A stretch of 62,839 nt of DNA, the filler included, from Octopus bimaculoides (lineage: Eukaryota), in the NCBI RefSeq assembly GCF_001194135.2. It is 4 parts of 4 records of this genome, joined end to end, with 100 filler letters (N's around TTAATTAATTAA, not from the genome) between each part and the next. Parts side by side here need not be neighbours in the genome. Positions count along the whole stretch, not along the records: positions 21,131 to 43,276 come from NC_068988.1; 3 more parts are not named here. One strand, given 5' to 3'. The translations under genes were made by a program, and so were the position numbers. The notes beneath the pieces were generated by a model that worked only from the letters and a program-made list of their open reading frames with translations, was not told the origin of the DNA and ran no database searches. Shown piece by piece: positions 25,496 to 39,797 of this stretch. Positions within the stretch are counted from its first letter, which is position 1. Each line of letters starts with the position of its first letter.

Positions 25496-27599
25496 CACGC
25501 TCACACAAACACAAACATATATATATACACACATTAACACATTCACACATCTATATATACACACATTCACACAAACATGTATATATACACACATTCACAC
25601 AAACATGTATATATACATACATTCACACACAAACATATATACACACACATTCACACAAATATATATTCACACAAACATTATACATACACACACACGGAGA
25701 GGAGCACAGAGAGAAAGAGAAATATTCCACCTAACTTTGTTTGCTTATAAAGCAATTTACAAAACATTAATATATTAACTTCTAACACCAAGCCTGATAC
25801 ATTTTTACCAGTCTAGAAACCGTATAATTTATGATGAAGATAATTATGATGACAATGATGATGATGGTTACAACGACAATATGATGAATGATGATGATGA
25901 TTATTATTACAATATGATGGTGATGATGGTGATGGTGAAGAAGAAATTAAATTTTTTTGTTTTAGTCTATTAATCTCTCATCTTCAATGTGCTTTGCCTA
26001 AATCAAACAGTGGAAATTAAATGAATAAATGAATAATGCGTAAATAGGCCCAGACGTAGCAGGGTGGTTCAGAAGTCTGTGTTAATTCTATTTCATCATC
26101 TGCAGCACAGTAGCAGTACTTTGAGCAAATACCTTTTGTCTAAACCCTTGGAACCAACTAATACTTTGCAAGTGAATTTATTAGGTTGAAACTGTGCTGA
26201 AGCCTGTCATTTATATATCTGTGTGTGTGTGTGGGCAGTGTGTCTTTGTATGTGTGTGAATTTTGTCCTTCTTCATCTTGTCTTTATGTGACACAGTTTG
26301 ACAACCGGAGTTTGTTTACATCCCCAGAGCTTTGTTTGGCAAAAACAAAGGCCAATGGAATAAGTGAAAAGGGTGAAGAGCCCTTTCGGTTATGAATAAC
26401 CATGGCATTGCACCTAGAAAGTTCCCCTCCGAGGCACAAGTCCGGGCAAGGTTGTTTATGGGACTTGTGCAAGGTTGTTTATAGAAGACCAGTTTATAGT
26501 TGCCCATGCATGCCAGCCTCCCTTCTTCATGCCACTGATGTCTATCTAGGTGCATCCCATGGTCATTCAGACTGGTAAAAAGGGATAAAGACCCAAAGAG
26601 GACCTTTACTTTTTATACCAGCTTGTACCATAACACACTTCAATGTTTAGTTCCCTGCTTTCGTTCAGTTCCCAGATTCTGTACCCAATATCATTCCCAT
26701 ATTGGTCAGCTATATATAAAGTTAATGTGACTATTTAAACCGCTTTTATTACCAGATTGTTGTCACTCTGCGCTTTAAAAGAGCAATGACACCTATTGTG
26801 TAATTGTCTTTATTTCATACACATGGCAACATGCATAATATAGAGCTTGTATCCATATCAATCCATGTGTTATTCATTGCTTGTCTTTTTGCATTTCTTT
26901 TGTCCTGTTGAAATGTAGGCCTATCAATTCATGCCTACATTTATTTAAATGGTAAATGCTAATTGATTGATTTTTAATTGCAAAACCTCACCAGATTGCA
27001 TCTCATTTTATTTCTTTTTTTTCTTTGTTTTTTTCATAAAGGTTCTGGAAATGGGTGAAAAATCTATATTGATAAATGTCGTGAATGTTAAGTGTAGTTG
27101 TTTTAAGTTGTCCATGGGAAAGATATTGAAATTTTCTATTTCACAGCTGTTTGTTTCCAGTTGACAGATCCTATTAAGTTTCCAGACCAAAAAAGTAAAA
27201 TAGAATTCTCGAAATGGTTCGACCGCTGTTTAATTCTACCCTCAAGATGGTTCCTTATCAAGCAGGGACACCTATAACAAAATGTGCTTCCATTGATAAC
27301 TGCCCCATTCTTTGTGTAATTAAGACTACAGCTCTTGACCAGGGAGAAATGCCCTTCCCCCAACCACTCACCCACTCCAGCTTCCAGGGAAACATTTCCA
27401 GGCTTCAAGTGGAAATTGGGAATCCACTGAAATTGGGAATTCCAGTGTTGAGGTTGAAAAATTCTTTATTATTATTGACTGGCTTTTTTTTTTTTTGCTG
27501 GATTTGTTTCTGTTAATGTTAATTTGAAGGAACTTAAATATATATAAATTATACATAATGTTAAATTAGTAGAAAATTGTTAAACTTACAAATGTTAAA

Positions 27600-28345
27600 T
27601 TAACATAAAGTTGTTAAATAACATTATGAAATAAATTGTGTGCTATACAAATCTACTTTAATATAAGGTTGTTAATGTTGTGTAACATTGTATTGTATAT
27701 AAAACTACTTTAACGTAAATCAATTAATGTTATGGAATAGTATTATATACAAGGCTACTTAAATATAAAACTATTAATGTTAGTAATATATTGTTGTATA
27801 AATCAGTTATGCAATAGCTCTATACAAGACTAATATAAATTAATATTTTGTAATAGTATTATATACAAGACATAATATTTAACCGTTAATGTTATGTAAT
27901 ATGTTGCATACAAGAACATATATCATATAACACTTAATTTTATGTAATATAAATCTGTTATGCAACAGTGTTGTATACAAACTAATATAAATGGGCAAAT
28001 GTTGTGTAATGGTGTTGTGTATAATACTTGTTTAATTTAAACCAATAACTAGTATGTATTAGTGTTGTACACAACACTATTTTAATATGAATCTATTACT
28101 GTTATGTAACAGTGTTGAATACAAGAGTAATATAAATTTTGTTGATGTTATGCAATACTGTTGCATTCAAGACTTAATACATGGCTGCTGAATGTTACAT
28201 AATAAACTGTTCTGTATACAAGACTGGTTTAGCATAAAGCTGTTATGCAATGGTATGTAATGATGTTGTAAACAAGACTTCTTTAATATAAGGATGTCAA
28301 TCGTATGTAAAGTGTGGGCGGATACAATGATGTTGTAGACAAGGC
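27600..28345. repeat. Degenerate AT-rich minisatellite, ~50-bp unit, roughly 15 copies
   Basis: Recurring TTAATGTTATGTAA(T/C)AGTGTTGTATACAAGACT...AATATAAA-like unit. Confidence 0.8.
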
Positions 28346-28685
28346 TTTGGTTAACCTGATGCTACAATAATGGTCATTAGTCCAAGGTACCACTGAATAA
28401 TGTGTAGAGACACATGGCTTAGAGATTAAAATGTTTCACTTATGATCATAAAATTGTGGTTTTGATTCCTGGGTAGAGCGACACGATGTTCTTCATTTCA
28501 AACACTTCATTTCATGTTGGTCCAGTCCACCCAGCTGGCAAAAATGAGTAATCCTGTAACAGACCAATGTTCTGTCCAGTGGTGGTCAGGGGAAATATAT
28601 GTGTCACAGAATTTGGGAAACTGGCCTTAAGAATCTATGGCTTGGGATGGACCTCTGATCCTTTTTTTTTTTAACCACTCCATGA

Positions 28686-28899
28686 GGGAGTGGTTAAACA
28701 TAGAGGGGACAAACAAGGACAGACAAAGGGATTAAGTCGATTACATCGACTCCAGTGCGTAACGGGTACTTAATTTATCGACCCCGAAAGGATGAAAGGC
28801 AAAGTCGACCTCGATGGAATTTGAACTCAGAACGTAACGGCAGACGAAATACCACTAAGCATTTCGCCCAGTGTGCTAACGTTTCTGCCAGCTCGCCAC
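28686..28899 (-). mobile_element. SINE family B with beta tail
   Basis: Reverse complement of the 35238 copy. Confidence 0.9.
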
Positions 28900-29714
28900 C
28901 TTTAAAATCAGATAATTTGTTTAATGGAACCAAGGGCAGTTTCAGGTAGGTTAGTATCAACAAGGTTGAACAGGATTAGACAAAAATGTTTGAAATTGGT
29001 AAGTCTCCATGAAGAAGAACAGGTAATAATTTTCATGGCAAAACTGCAATGGTTTGACTAAGAATTAAAATGGAAGATTACTATTCCAGAAAAGTTACGT
29101 ACTAATTATTGGTTTTTAGTCAGGTCACCCCGTTATATTGACAGACACTGAACAGAATTGTAAAATTAAACTTAAAAACCATATGTTATTCAGGAAGTTC
29201 CATTTATCTAATCTTGATTATTGATTTTGATTGCCTGTTTTCACATATCGATTTATTGTCTTAACAACATTGAAAAAAATAAAACCAGAAAACAAAAACT
29301 ACATCGATGTGTAGTTCTTAAAAGGGAAGAAAGAAAATAAGTAAAGAACATCAGACATTGTTTAAAACTAATTTCAATTCTGTGCTAATGAAGGAGCTAC
29401 TGTCTTTGCCAAAACTGACAGAAATAGAGGAAATAACAGACTATTTCTTCCTTAACCCTTTTGTTACCATATTTTGGTTGAAATTGTTTCAATTAATTTT
29501 AGAAAATTGTGAAGAATTTACTAAAATAACTGCTGTTATCAAGTTGGTGTTTGTAACCTACACGAACGAGAAATTTTGACAGAAGGTTTTAATTTTGATC
29601 ATTTTGAAACTGGAAGTTTGCATCATAGAACCAGGAATGGTCTCAGGTGGGTTGGTATTGAAAAGGTTGACTTATCCACTACTGTCTTTAAGAACAGGGG
29701 AAGAAGACATTAAA

Positions 29715-29870
29715 TAATGATGGCTCAGTGTTCAGAGTGTTCAACTCACAATCACGAAGTAGTGAGTTCGACTCCTGGACTGGGCTGTATGTTGTGTTCT
29801 TGAGCAAGACACTTTATTTCACGTTGCTCCAGTCCATTCAGCTGTGGAAATGAGTTGCAACATCACAGGG
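29715..29870 (+). mobile_element. tRNA-headed SINE family F
   Basis: TGGCTCAGTG...GAGTTCGACTCC head, then TTGAGCAAGACACTTTATTTCACGTTGCTCCAGTCCATTCAGCTG...AATGAGT. Related blocks occur at 21790, 28405, 58500 and 24090-24290 (minus). Confidence 0.8.
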
Positions 29871-30214
29871 AGCTTTATACATGGCACCATCACCAGTGAT
29901 TTTCATGTAGCACCAGCACCCACACAAATGCTTTTTACATGGCACCTATGGCGACATGATGTGCTTCAGTGTGCTAAAGGTTAAATAACAATGTCAATAA
30001 AATCACACCAAGGGTGATAGTTTGGCAGAATTGTTAGAGTGATGGAGAAAAAAAGGCTTTGCAGTATTTGTTCTTTCTGTCTCATTGATTTCTGAGTTCA
30101 AATCCTGCTGAGGTTAACTTTGCTTTCCTATATTCAGGGTCAATGAACTGTCGTACCAGATAAATAAAATGTGCAGAAATCAAGTAACCAGGGTTCTTTT
30201 ATCTTATACCTTTA

Positions 30215-30740
30215 ATTAGTTTCAGTTATTAGACAGTGGCCATGCTGGGGCACCACTTTGAAGGATTTTAGACAAATGAATTGACTCCAGCACTCATTTT
30301 TTAAAGGCTGGTACTCATTCTATCAGTCACATTTTCTTCTTTTGCCAAACTGCTAAGTCACTGAGATGTAAGCACACCAACATTGGTTGTCATGCAATGG
30401 TGGGGAACACACACACACACGTGAAATTTGACTGGTGACTGTTGGAACTGCCACCTACAGTTGCTTTCAGACTAAGAAGCAGAGAGAAAGATAGTTTGCT
30501 AAGAAATAAAAGCGAGTGAGAAATTTCCCTTAAAAGGAGAGAACCACACAGAGCTTATAATTTTTTTTTGCTTTATTATTATGCAATGTCTGGGCTTCTT
30601 TAAGTTTCCATTTACCAAATCCACTCACAAAGCTGTTCAACCCAAGGCTAAAGTAGAAGACACTTGTCTAAGGTGCCATGAAGTGGGGCTGAACCTGAAA
30701 CCATGTGGTTGAGAAGCAAGCTTCTCATCACACAGCCATG
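30215..30740 (-). mobile_element. SINE family A, interrupted and diverged
   Basis: Tail-like block 30215-30420 and head block 30600-30740 are separated by other sequence. Confidence 0.7.
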
Positions 30741-32814
30741 TGGTTCATTTTTTTGTTTTAGATTTTTTGTTTGTTGTTTTGTTTCCAAGTAGAAGGAACC
30801 ATCATACATAGCTTGTAGGAAAGGAGAATATGAAAATATCTTAGAACAAGGAAGCAAGAGGATTTAGATAAAACTGGTTAAGTTGATCTAAAGTTTGGAA
30901 AACTGAAGGAACAGAAGTGGGGAAGAAGAGAAAGTTCCCTGGAATGAAAGACAACATAGTCTGGGATGAGAAGAGTATGGATTGAGAGAATGTGAAGTTG
31001 ACAATAGAGAAGAAGAACACATTGGTCAGGCAGAAGACCAAAAAAAAGATGGACCATGACAATGGTAGAGGAATTTAATTTTCGGTAAGAAGAGGAAAGT
31101 ATGTTAATCTTCAGATGGATGGTTCTTGCAATGTTCTACAACATTTATATTTAAATGGAAAAGATTTAAGACAAAAAAGGATTAATAATTAAATAATGAT
31201 TAATAATTTAAGAGAAAAACAATTTGCAGCTTAGTGCAAAAAAAAAGAAAAAGAAAAAAAAATAGAATCCAGATTAACAGCTCAGGAAAATAAAATAAAT
31301 AATAAATGGTAATGGTGGATCTAAGAATGGAATGATGGAATAAGCTGGTTGACAATGGAAGAAGAAGAAGAAGCTGGATCCAACTAAATTTAATTCAAAA
31401 ATGAAGACAATGTAATAATTATTTGCAGCATTATTGCATTGTTCTTCTGTTTAGCAGGATTATTATAACACTTAGTGGTCTCCATAGAAGAAGTATGGGA
31501 GCATGTGCTGTAACAATATGTCACTATATCTACCATTTGTTGGTGATTCCCTTCTCCTTGCAGATGACACCATTGCACTACCAGGGTGACAACCTCCTCA
31601 ATCCATGGGTCTGTTTTGGATAGTCCATTGCTGGGAAGGGTTTTATGGGATTGAAATGCAAAGCCTACTCAAACTTTTTAGTTGCCTTTAATATTGAATC
31701 AAAAATCAAAAAGCATGAGAAAGCAACATGCTTTCAATTCTGTGAGTATACAAGCGGCCCTCAAAAACCTGTGATTAAAGTGGACTGCAATGTAATTCGA
31801 GTTGGTCGGGCCTGATCTAGAACTACATCATTAATGTACCCTGTTGTTGTTGTTGTTTATTCTCAGGTCAGTTTTGAATGAATGGGCCTATGACAAGTCA
31901 TTCCTTCATTTTATACTTTTCTTGGTACTGTTTTCCTTTCGTAGTGTACTTTTTTTTTTGGCTTTGTACTCTTTTTGTATTGTACCAATTTTTAAGATGA
32001 TAGCTTAGGTAGTTAGGAAGGGCATCCAGCCGTAGAAACCATGCAAAAAACAAACAATGGAGTTTTGTACAGCTCTCAACCTTACCAGCTCCAGTGAAAC
32101 CATCCAGCCCATGCCAGTGTGAAAAACGGGCGCTAAATGATGATGATGACGATGATAGTTTGTGATATGAAGGGGATTTGACAGCTGCTTCTAACAAGCA
32201 GAACGATCACCGAGAAATGAGCGACCTTTCTCGAGATGAGGGCCGCATCAGACATGACTCAGCATCAGGTAAGCAGCATAACTAAAAGAATTCAAGATCA
32301 TTTTTCATAAGGCATGCCATTCAGAAAGTGCAGCGGGATGCAGTTCACTCGTGACTGACCTCCAGGTTCCCTTGTCAGCTTGAATTTGTCCTCATTATAT
32401 GCAGTTAATCAACCTGCTTGAAAGAAACAACAGCCAAATCTGATTCAAATCACTCTCACTCTGACTGAGGAAGAATTCACTGAATGATGTAATCTAAGAG
32501 ATATTGTAAAATAAACAAATATCCAACTGGTTCAGTCATGGTTGATATCGTCGTGGATCATAGGTCCGCTATCAGGGCCAGCCTGGGGTTAAATGACACA
32601 AGCAACAATGACGACGATGACGACGGCATATGTACGATGATCAGAAGAATTACTTCAGACATGTTTATTGGTTGCTGTGAAAATGCTAAGATCTTTTACT
32701 CACTGACTGCTGACTTGCAGGTGAAATGTTTGATTAAAAAGTTTACAATGAAATATCAGAGACAGCAGGGCGGGAAGGGGACGATACTGAGAGAGGGGGA
32801 GAGATTTAGACAGA

Positions 32815-32859
<45 letters not shown>

Positions 32860-33020
32860 AAGCAGAAAAAGAGATAGACACAGAAAGAGGTGGTTAGACA
32901 GAGAGAAAGGGGGTAGACAGAAATCCTTCACTGATGTTTCCATGCAATTGTTTGATCTCGAATGAGTTGTGTTTCTTGATGATGATGATCATTGGCAACT
33001 ATGTCCAGATAACTGATAAC

Positions 33021-33052
<32 letters not shown>

Positions 33053-33263
33053 TAACAGGAGATGGTGGATTGTTGTTGTTTTGTAGGGGGGAAAAAGAGA
33101 TGAGAAAAGAAGAAGTAGGAGAGAGAGAAAAGCTTTATTAAAACATAACAAATAAACAAACAGTTACATCAAAAGTACTTAAATACAGAAAAACAGACGA
33201 GAAAGAGAAAAAAAAAGAATTCAAGAGGCCGTATGTGGGCGGGAGATTACTTACAAATGTATG

Positions 33264-33307
<44 letters not shown>

Positions 33308-33525
33308 AGACGGAGGGAGAGAGAAGGGATATAGATAGATGGATAGATAGATTTAGAAGAGAGAGAGAGGTAGTTAGAAAGAGAAAGAAAGAGCAGGGTG
33401 ATAGTAGATAGGGAGCAAAACAAAGTGAAGTAGAGATGGAGAGAGCGAGAGAGAGATAGAGAACATCGGCAAAGGGAGAGACATAGAGAGTGATAACAAC
33501 AGAAGGAAAAATGATAGACAGACAG

Positions 33526-33567
<42 letters not shown>

Positions 33568-35237
33568 CAAGCGAAGGAGGAAAAGAGAGTGACAGAGAGA
33601 AAGAAACGATAAAGGGGGAAACAGAGAGGGAGGNNNNNNNNNNNNNNNNNNNNNNNGGGGGGGGGGGTAGAATCAGTAGAGAAGGGTCGAGAGAGAGAAG
33701 TTTGTTTATATGAATAGCTTTCTCTGACGCATTCTTTTGCTTAGTGTGTAACCAGTTATCAGAAGGATGACAACTGTAAACACTTGAGCCAACATCACTC
33801 AGTGTCTGAGTGTGTCTACATATGTGTGTAATATATCTGGTGTGCGTGTGTGTGTGCGTATTATACGTATGCGTGTGTATTATGCAGTATGTGTGTAATA
33901 TGTGCGCGCGTAATAATATATTTGGTGTGCGTGTGTACATATGTGATGCGTGTGTATATGCGGTATATGTGAATATGTGGTGTACGTGTGTATTACATTC
34001 GGTGTGTGTGTGGTTATAGTTTTGGTGGAAAAGGGTAAAACAAGCATGAAACCAAGTTGAAGAATGCAAGAGAAGCCAGCCAGAGGAACCAGATGCAGCA
34101 AATACTACCCAGCTAAAGTTATTTAACAAAAATAATAATAAAAAAAAGAAGAAAATCAACGACTTCACATAGATTTACAATTGTGTATGTGTATGTGTGT
34201 GTGTGTTTTGTTTAATGTCCTTGCGTGTATGAATCTGTACAATATATATGCGAGTGTGCGCATAAATACATGCATGTGTGTGTGTATGAGTGTGTATACG
34301 TATGCTTATAAATATATGTATACATGTGCTCATGTGTATAAATACACGCGCATATATATATTTGCACATATGTATGTATGTATGTATCTAATTATGCACG
34401 TTTATATGTACGCATATGTGAATTAATGAATGGGTATATATATATATATATATATANNNNNNNNNNNNNNNNNNNNNNNNNNNNNNNNNNNNNNNNNNNN
34501 NNNNNNNNNNNNNNNNNNNNNNNNNNNNNNNNNNNNNNNNNNNNNNNNNNNNNNNNNNNNNNNNNNNNNNNNNNNNNNNNNNNNNNNNNNNNNNNNNNNN
34601 NNNNNNNNNNNNNNNNNNNNNNNNNNNNNNNNNNNNNNNNNNNNNNNNNNNNNNNNNNNNNNNNNNNNNNNNNNNNNNNNNNNNNNNNNNNNNNNNNNNN
34701 NNNNNNNNNNNNNNNNNNNNNNNNNNNNNNNNNNNNNNNNNNNNNNNNNNNNNNNNNNNNNNNNNNNNNNNNNNNNNNNNNNNNNNNNNNNNNNNNNNNN
34801 NNNNNNNNNNNNNNNNNNNNNNNNNNNNNNNNNAGGATGTGTATGAGAGAGTGTGTGTGTGTATGCGTGTGAGTGCGTGTGGGTATGAGTGTGTAAGTAT
34901 GTGTTTAAGGTTGTGTAGGTATAAGTGTGTAAGAGTGGGTGTGTATGTGAGGGTGTATGTGTGTGTGATTGTGTGAGAGAGAGTATGTGTGTATGAGGGT
35001 GTGTGAAGGAGTGTGAGTGTGTGCGTGAGGATGTGTATGAGAGAGTGTGTGTGTGTATGTGAGAGTGAGTACGTCTATGTAAGTGTGCGTGAATGTATGT
35101 GTGAGCGTGCGCATGTGTGTATATGTATTTGGTTAGCAACTTGTAACACAAACGCACGCACACACACATTACTGGTGCGATTGCAGGCACGTACTGAGAG
35201 GCACAGTGCTCGAAGAAACAATAATAAAAGCAAGGAA

Positions 35238-35469
35238 GGCGTCGAGCTGGCAGAAACGTTAGCACGCCGGGCGAAATGCTTAGCGGTATTTCGTCTGCCG
35301 TTACGTTCTGAGTTCAAATTCCGCCGAGGTCGACTTTGCATTTCATCTTTTCGAATCGATAAATTAAGTATCAGTTACGTACTGAGGTCGATGTAATCGA
35401 CTTAATCCCTTTGTCTGTCCTTGTTTGTCCCCTCTATGTTTAGCCCCTTGTGGGCAATAAAGAAATAAG
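35238..35469 (+). mobile_element. tRNA-like SINE family B with beta tail
   Basis: GGCGTCGAGCTGGCAGAAACGTTAGC...GAGTTCAAATTCC (A/B-box-like); body TTTCATCTTTTCGAATCGATAAATTAAGTA; tail CCCCTCTATGTTTAGCCCCTTGTGGGCAATAAAGAAATAAG. Confidence 0.9.
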
Positions 35470-37460
35470 AATTTGTCTTGTGATTCTTAGCTGTCAGAGT
35501 TATGTAATGAAAACTTTGACACCAAGTTTTTGTCACTGAACATTGACTTGGACATGGTTCCACTGCAGTGGAACTACGCCAGTTAATACACCACAATTGT
35601 ATTAATGAGAACTAAAACTTTCGACACAGAACTGAGTGAATGACCATGATACAGTTCCAATGCAGTGGAACTATGTCAGCTGTCAGGTTTGGTTGCAGTT
35701 TTGTGATTCAACCATGACAGGGATGAGATATTTTGGCAAAGCCATTTTGGCACTGCCTATTTGGCATCGGAAATTCGACACTGACTTATTTTGACATTAG
35801 ACATTTTAAGGTTTCCCCCATTTTCTCCCTTTTTCTTTGTTTAAGTATGTGAGCATATTTCTCTTTAAAGTGTATAAGAAGCACGAAAGTGTTTACATTA
35901 ATCATATTCAATTAAGAAGTTGTAATCTCTCTCTCTCTTGTATGTATGTGTATATTTCTACATGTGCATGTATGAGTGCCTGTTTGCCTCTAGTGCTAAA
36001 AAGTACTATTGCAAACTCAGGCTGAATGTCCAGTCAACCTTGTCAAATCATCAGCAACAGAACATTAATGCTCAAGTCTTCTATGATGTACTTGCTTTTT
36101 GGATTCTTTTCCTTTCCTAATCTAACAACTGAAAGGAAGGCCACAGTGGATTACTGATTTGCCAAGATAGGTTATTGCAATGGGCAAAGGTTGGAAACTA
36201 CTGATGTCGAAGAAGATCTTGCATTGAATCAAAATGTTACATGTTGAAGCCATTTGCCATGTGGGAACATGCTTGAAAATGCAGAAAACATTTTGATGCA
36301 GTGAAATATGCCCACCTGGCAGTTAGAAAGATTGCTACCAGTAGCAGATATTGACAATTTGTCATGCAGCGCTTATGAAGGAATAGATGTGATTAGAATG
36401 ACATTTTCAAGTGCTCTCAGATATCTGAAGATCAATCAAAGATAACTTAATGAACTGAACAAAGGCACAGTGAATGGAGAGATGTTCAGCTGCACAAAAA
36501 TATTCAGCAAAAAAAGACATCAGTAAACTATGCAGGTTTCACCACAGAATCAATTAAGAAAATTTCTAAATGAAACAGCAGACTTGTTATCAAGTGTTTG
36601 AGGCCACTATGCAGTTGCTCAAACTGCAAGAAATAGCAGTCAAATCTCCTTCAAATCACACCCTATCTGCTGTCCTAAAAAAAATACAGAGAAACGTGTT
36701 AGCTAAAGTAATCCTGGATATGCAAAAACAGATTGGTTAGCCAAGACTAGAAGACTGTTCATCACACATATATTAGCTAAACAAACAAGAAAAAAAAAAT
36801 CAATTCCAAAAGAAATATCCTCGCTTGAAACAGATAAAATGTAGCTCAATGGATGTGGGATGATGGCAATGAATTTTCTAGTGCATAATTATGAGTTAAA
36901 GTTTACTAGACACTGCATTTTGCCTGACTGTTTCAAATCCAATCAGTAGTAAAACACGAAAACAAAATCTCCTTTAACTCTAATGACGGCCATGGGTGTT
37001 GTGAAAGTTCAGTAGACATAGCGTAGTAAATCAATCCCTCTTAGAAATCAAACCAGCAACATCAGTTTAGAAAAAGGCATTATTTGATCAACAAAACCAT
37101 AGTTAGAAGTAAAATAACTGCAAGTGTTGACCTTCTTATGCAGACAGACACACTATTCCAGCTAATAATATATATCACATGGGTGTTGTGGTAACTTATC
37201 AGCAAACATTAGAAACCCACTGCTGTTGTAATTACGCACCAAATTGTAGAAAGAACATTCGCATTCTAGAACACTGTCACTTTCTTTCTTACAAATATCT
37301 TTGATTCTAACTTTTTTTTGGAAATCGTCTAAAGATGTAGCAGGATGTCACATTTACCTGCAATGGCATTAAAAGACAATTCTTTCACAATTCACATTAA
37401 CACTCACCTTTCTCTCAAAGAGCTTGCTCATATGCAGACTTACAATTTCTCTCTCTCTCA

Positions 37461-37844
37461 TTGTTGCTGGCACTCCATTACTTATGACGTCGATGGTTCC
37501 AGTTGATCCAATCAACGGAACAGCCTGCACGTGAAATTAAAGTGCAAGTAGCTGAGCACTCCACAGATACGTGTACCTTTAACGTAGTTCTCGGGGATAT
37601 TCAGCATGACACAGTGTGACAAGGCTGACCCTTTGGATTACTGGCACAACAGAAACAGGAAGTAAGAGTGAGAGAAAGTTGTGGTGAAAGAGTACAGCAG
37701 GGTTCGCCACCATCCCCTGCCGGAGCCTCGTGGAGCTTTAGGTGTTTTCGCTCAATAAACATTCACAACACCCGGTCTGGGAATTGAAGCCGCGAACGTA
37801 AGACCGAGAGTCCGCTGCCTTAACCACTGGGCCATTGTGCCTCC
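37461..37844 (-). mobile_element. tRNA-derived SINE family C, full length
   Basis: Head GGAGGCACAATGGCCCAGTGGTTAAGGCAGCGGACTC; short CAA-type tail; matches the other family C copies. Confidence 0.9.
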
Positions 37845-38989
37845 ACTCTCTCTCTCATATACAACATAAATAACACTTGTACATATAAGTAACATATACA
37901 TTTATCTTCAAATCTTTTGACTGGACTTTTCTCTGACTGAATTTAACAGCTTTCTGATCAAGTGAAGTTAACAAGAATAAATATATAGGTTGATTTGAGA
38001 AAGTATCTTTATGTCATCTTATTCACTCTTCGATAACCTTTCATTCTTTCTTCATAACTGTTTTGGTTTTTTTCCATTTAGTACGTGTAAACTTAAACCC
38101 AGTCTAGTTAATGTTGTAATGTGTTAACATTAGAAACCAAGGAAACTAAAGCTGGTCTAGGCTGTCAGTAAATACTAAGTACAAAAAGCTAGCAAGGTGG
38201 AATAAATCATTTTGTTACAAGGATGAGAATTCTAACATCTCAAGCAGAACCAGCTGAAGATTCCTGTCCAGAGCAAAGCTAAATTTTCTTTTTTGCACAA
38301 CAAAATATTTTATTTCACTTCAGTAAACTGACTAGGCCAATGGTTCTCGATATTTTTACAAAGTGTTTGATTAATTTTCATTTCACAAAAGTAGCAACAC
38401 AAGTCAATTTACTAATTTTTTTTTTTATTATTATTATTAATCCAAACACAGCAATAGTGTTGGTGAACACATTAAAGCTTTTGGTGACTCAGTGCATAAA
38501 ATCATCATCTTAACATCCACTTTAACATGCTTGCATGAATTGGATAGAATTTGTCAAGGAAGATTTTCTAGGGTTGGATGCTCTCCAGCTGCACCAGGCA
38601 TCTCTTGTGTGTTTTGACATGGTTTCTATGGCTGGATGCCTTTCCTAGCACTAACCACTTTACAGAGTATACTGGGAGCTTTTCTTGTGGTACAGCAGCA
38701 GTGGTATGGGCTCTTTATACGCGACACTGGCATGTGCTTTTTTTTACATGGCACTAGCACAAGTGCTTTCTATGTGACACCAGTGATAAGAGTTAGTTTC
38801 ATTCTGAAAAGAGATTTTAACTTCTCTTTGCCGCACACTCACAGTACTAAGGAATGTAGGTACTCCAGATTGGAAACCCTAGATTAGACTAACAAGTGGA
38901 AAACACACACACACACACATTAGAATGGGACAAGTTAGTTCAAGCAGAGAAAGACCTTAACACAAAAGGTCTCTTACATAAAACTGACT

Positions 38990-39215
38990 TGTCATCATCG
39001 TCATTTATCATCCATTTTCCATGCTGGCATGAGTTGGACGGTTTGACAAGAACAGGCAAGTCAGAAGACTACACCAAGCTCTGCTGTCTGCTTTGGTATG
39101 GTTTCTACAGTTGGATGCCCTTCCTAATGCCAACCACTTTACAGAGTGTAGTGGGTGCATTTTAGGTGGTACCAGCAGCAGTGAGGTCACCAAGTAACTT
39201 GCAAGACCCCCTTAA
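38990..39215 (-). mobile_element. Retroposon 3' tail family E with a (GAT)n end
   Basis: AAGGGCATCCAACTGTAGAAACCAT...CCATGCCAGCATGGAAAA...GATGATG. Related copies lie at 31995-32157 (+) and 38500-38690 (-). Confidence 0.7.
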
Positions 39216-39797
39216 CTGGAAGTGAGGTTGTATTGATGGCATAAAGATTATATATATATATATATATTATTATTATTATTATCATCATCATTATTAAGTG
39301 AACTTGCAGAAAATAAGCAAAACCCACAGTACAAGTGCAAAACCTGTACATTATGCACACACACACACACAATCTGAAAATCATTTCAGGATTCTTTTTA
39401 AAAATATTCACATACAAGATAGGAATTTGTATGTGCATAGACAGAAATTTAATTAAAAGGAGCTTCATTTGAAAGTAAAATCCCTCTATTTTTAAAGAAT
39501 CAATACTATTTTGGCCAATTATTTCTCATTTCGGCCCTATTCATCTCATTCATCTATAGATTGGACACATTAAAGTAATGGCCGGAAATTTAGCCCATAA
39601 TAGTCGTCTGGAATAACTAGGTCAAACAGTCTGTTTCAGTAACTGTTCTTTCAATAAAATTAACAGATTTGAAGAATCTGCACCAATATATTATTGTTGC
39701 AATTTATCGATGAAAGAGAACAAGATGGGGAAAAGTATGTCAAGAACAGTATAAAAGTCATATAATGATATAAAAATACAAAATTAAAAAAAGTATA

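Noticed and set aside
27136-27408. 90-aa minus ORF faintly resembling hAT transposase
   Set aside because: The similarity is too weak to support by eye.
32202-32274. Possible 67-nt exon ending CAG|GTAAGC
   Set aside because: No polypyrimidine acceptor, adjacent to repeat sequence, and no recognisable protein.
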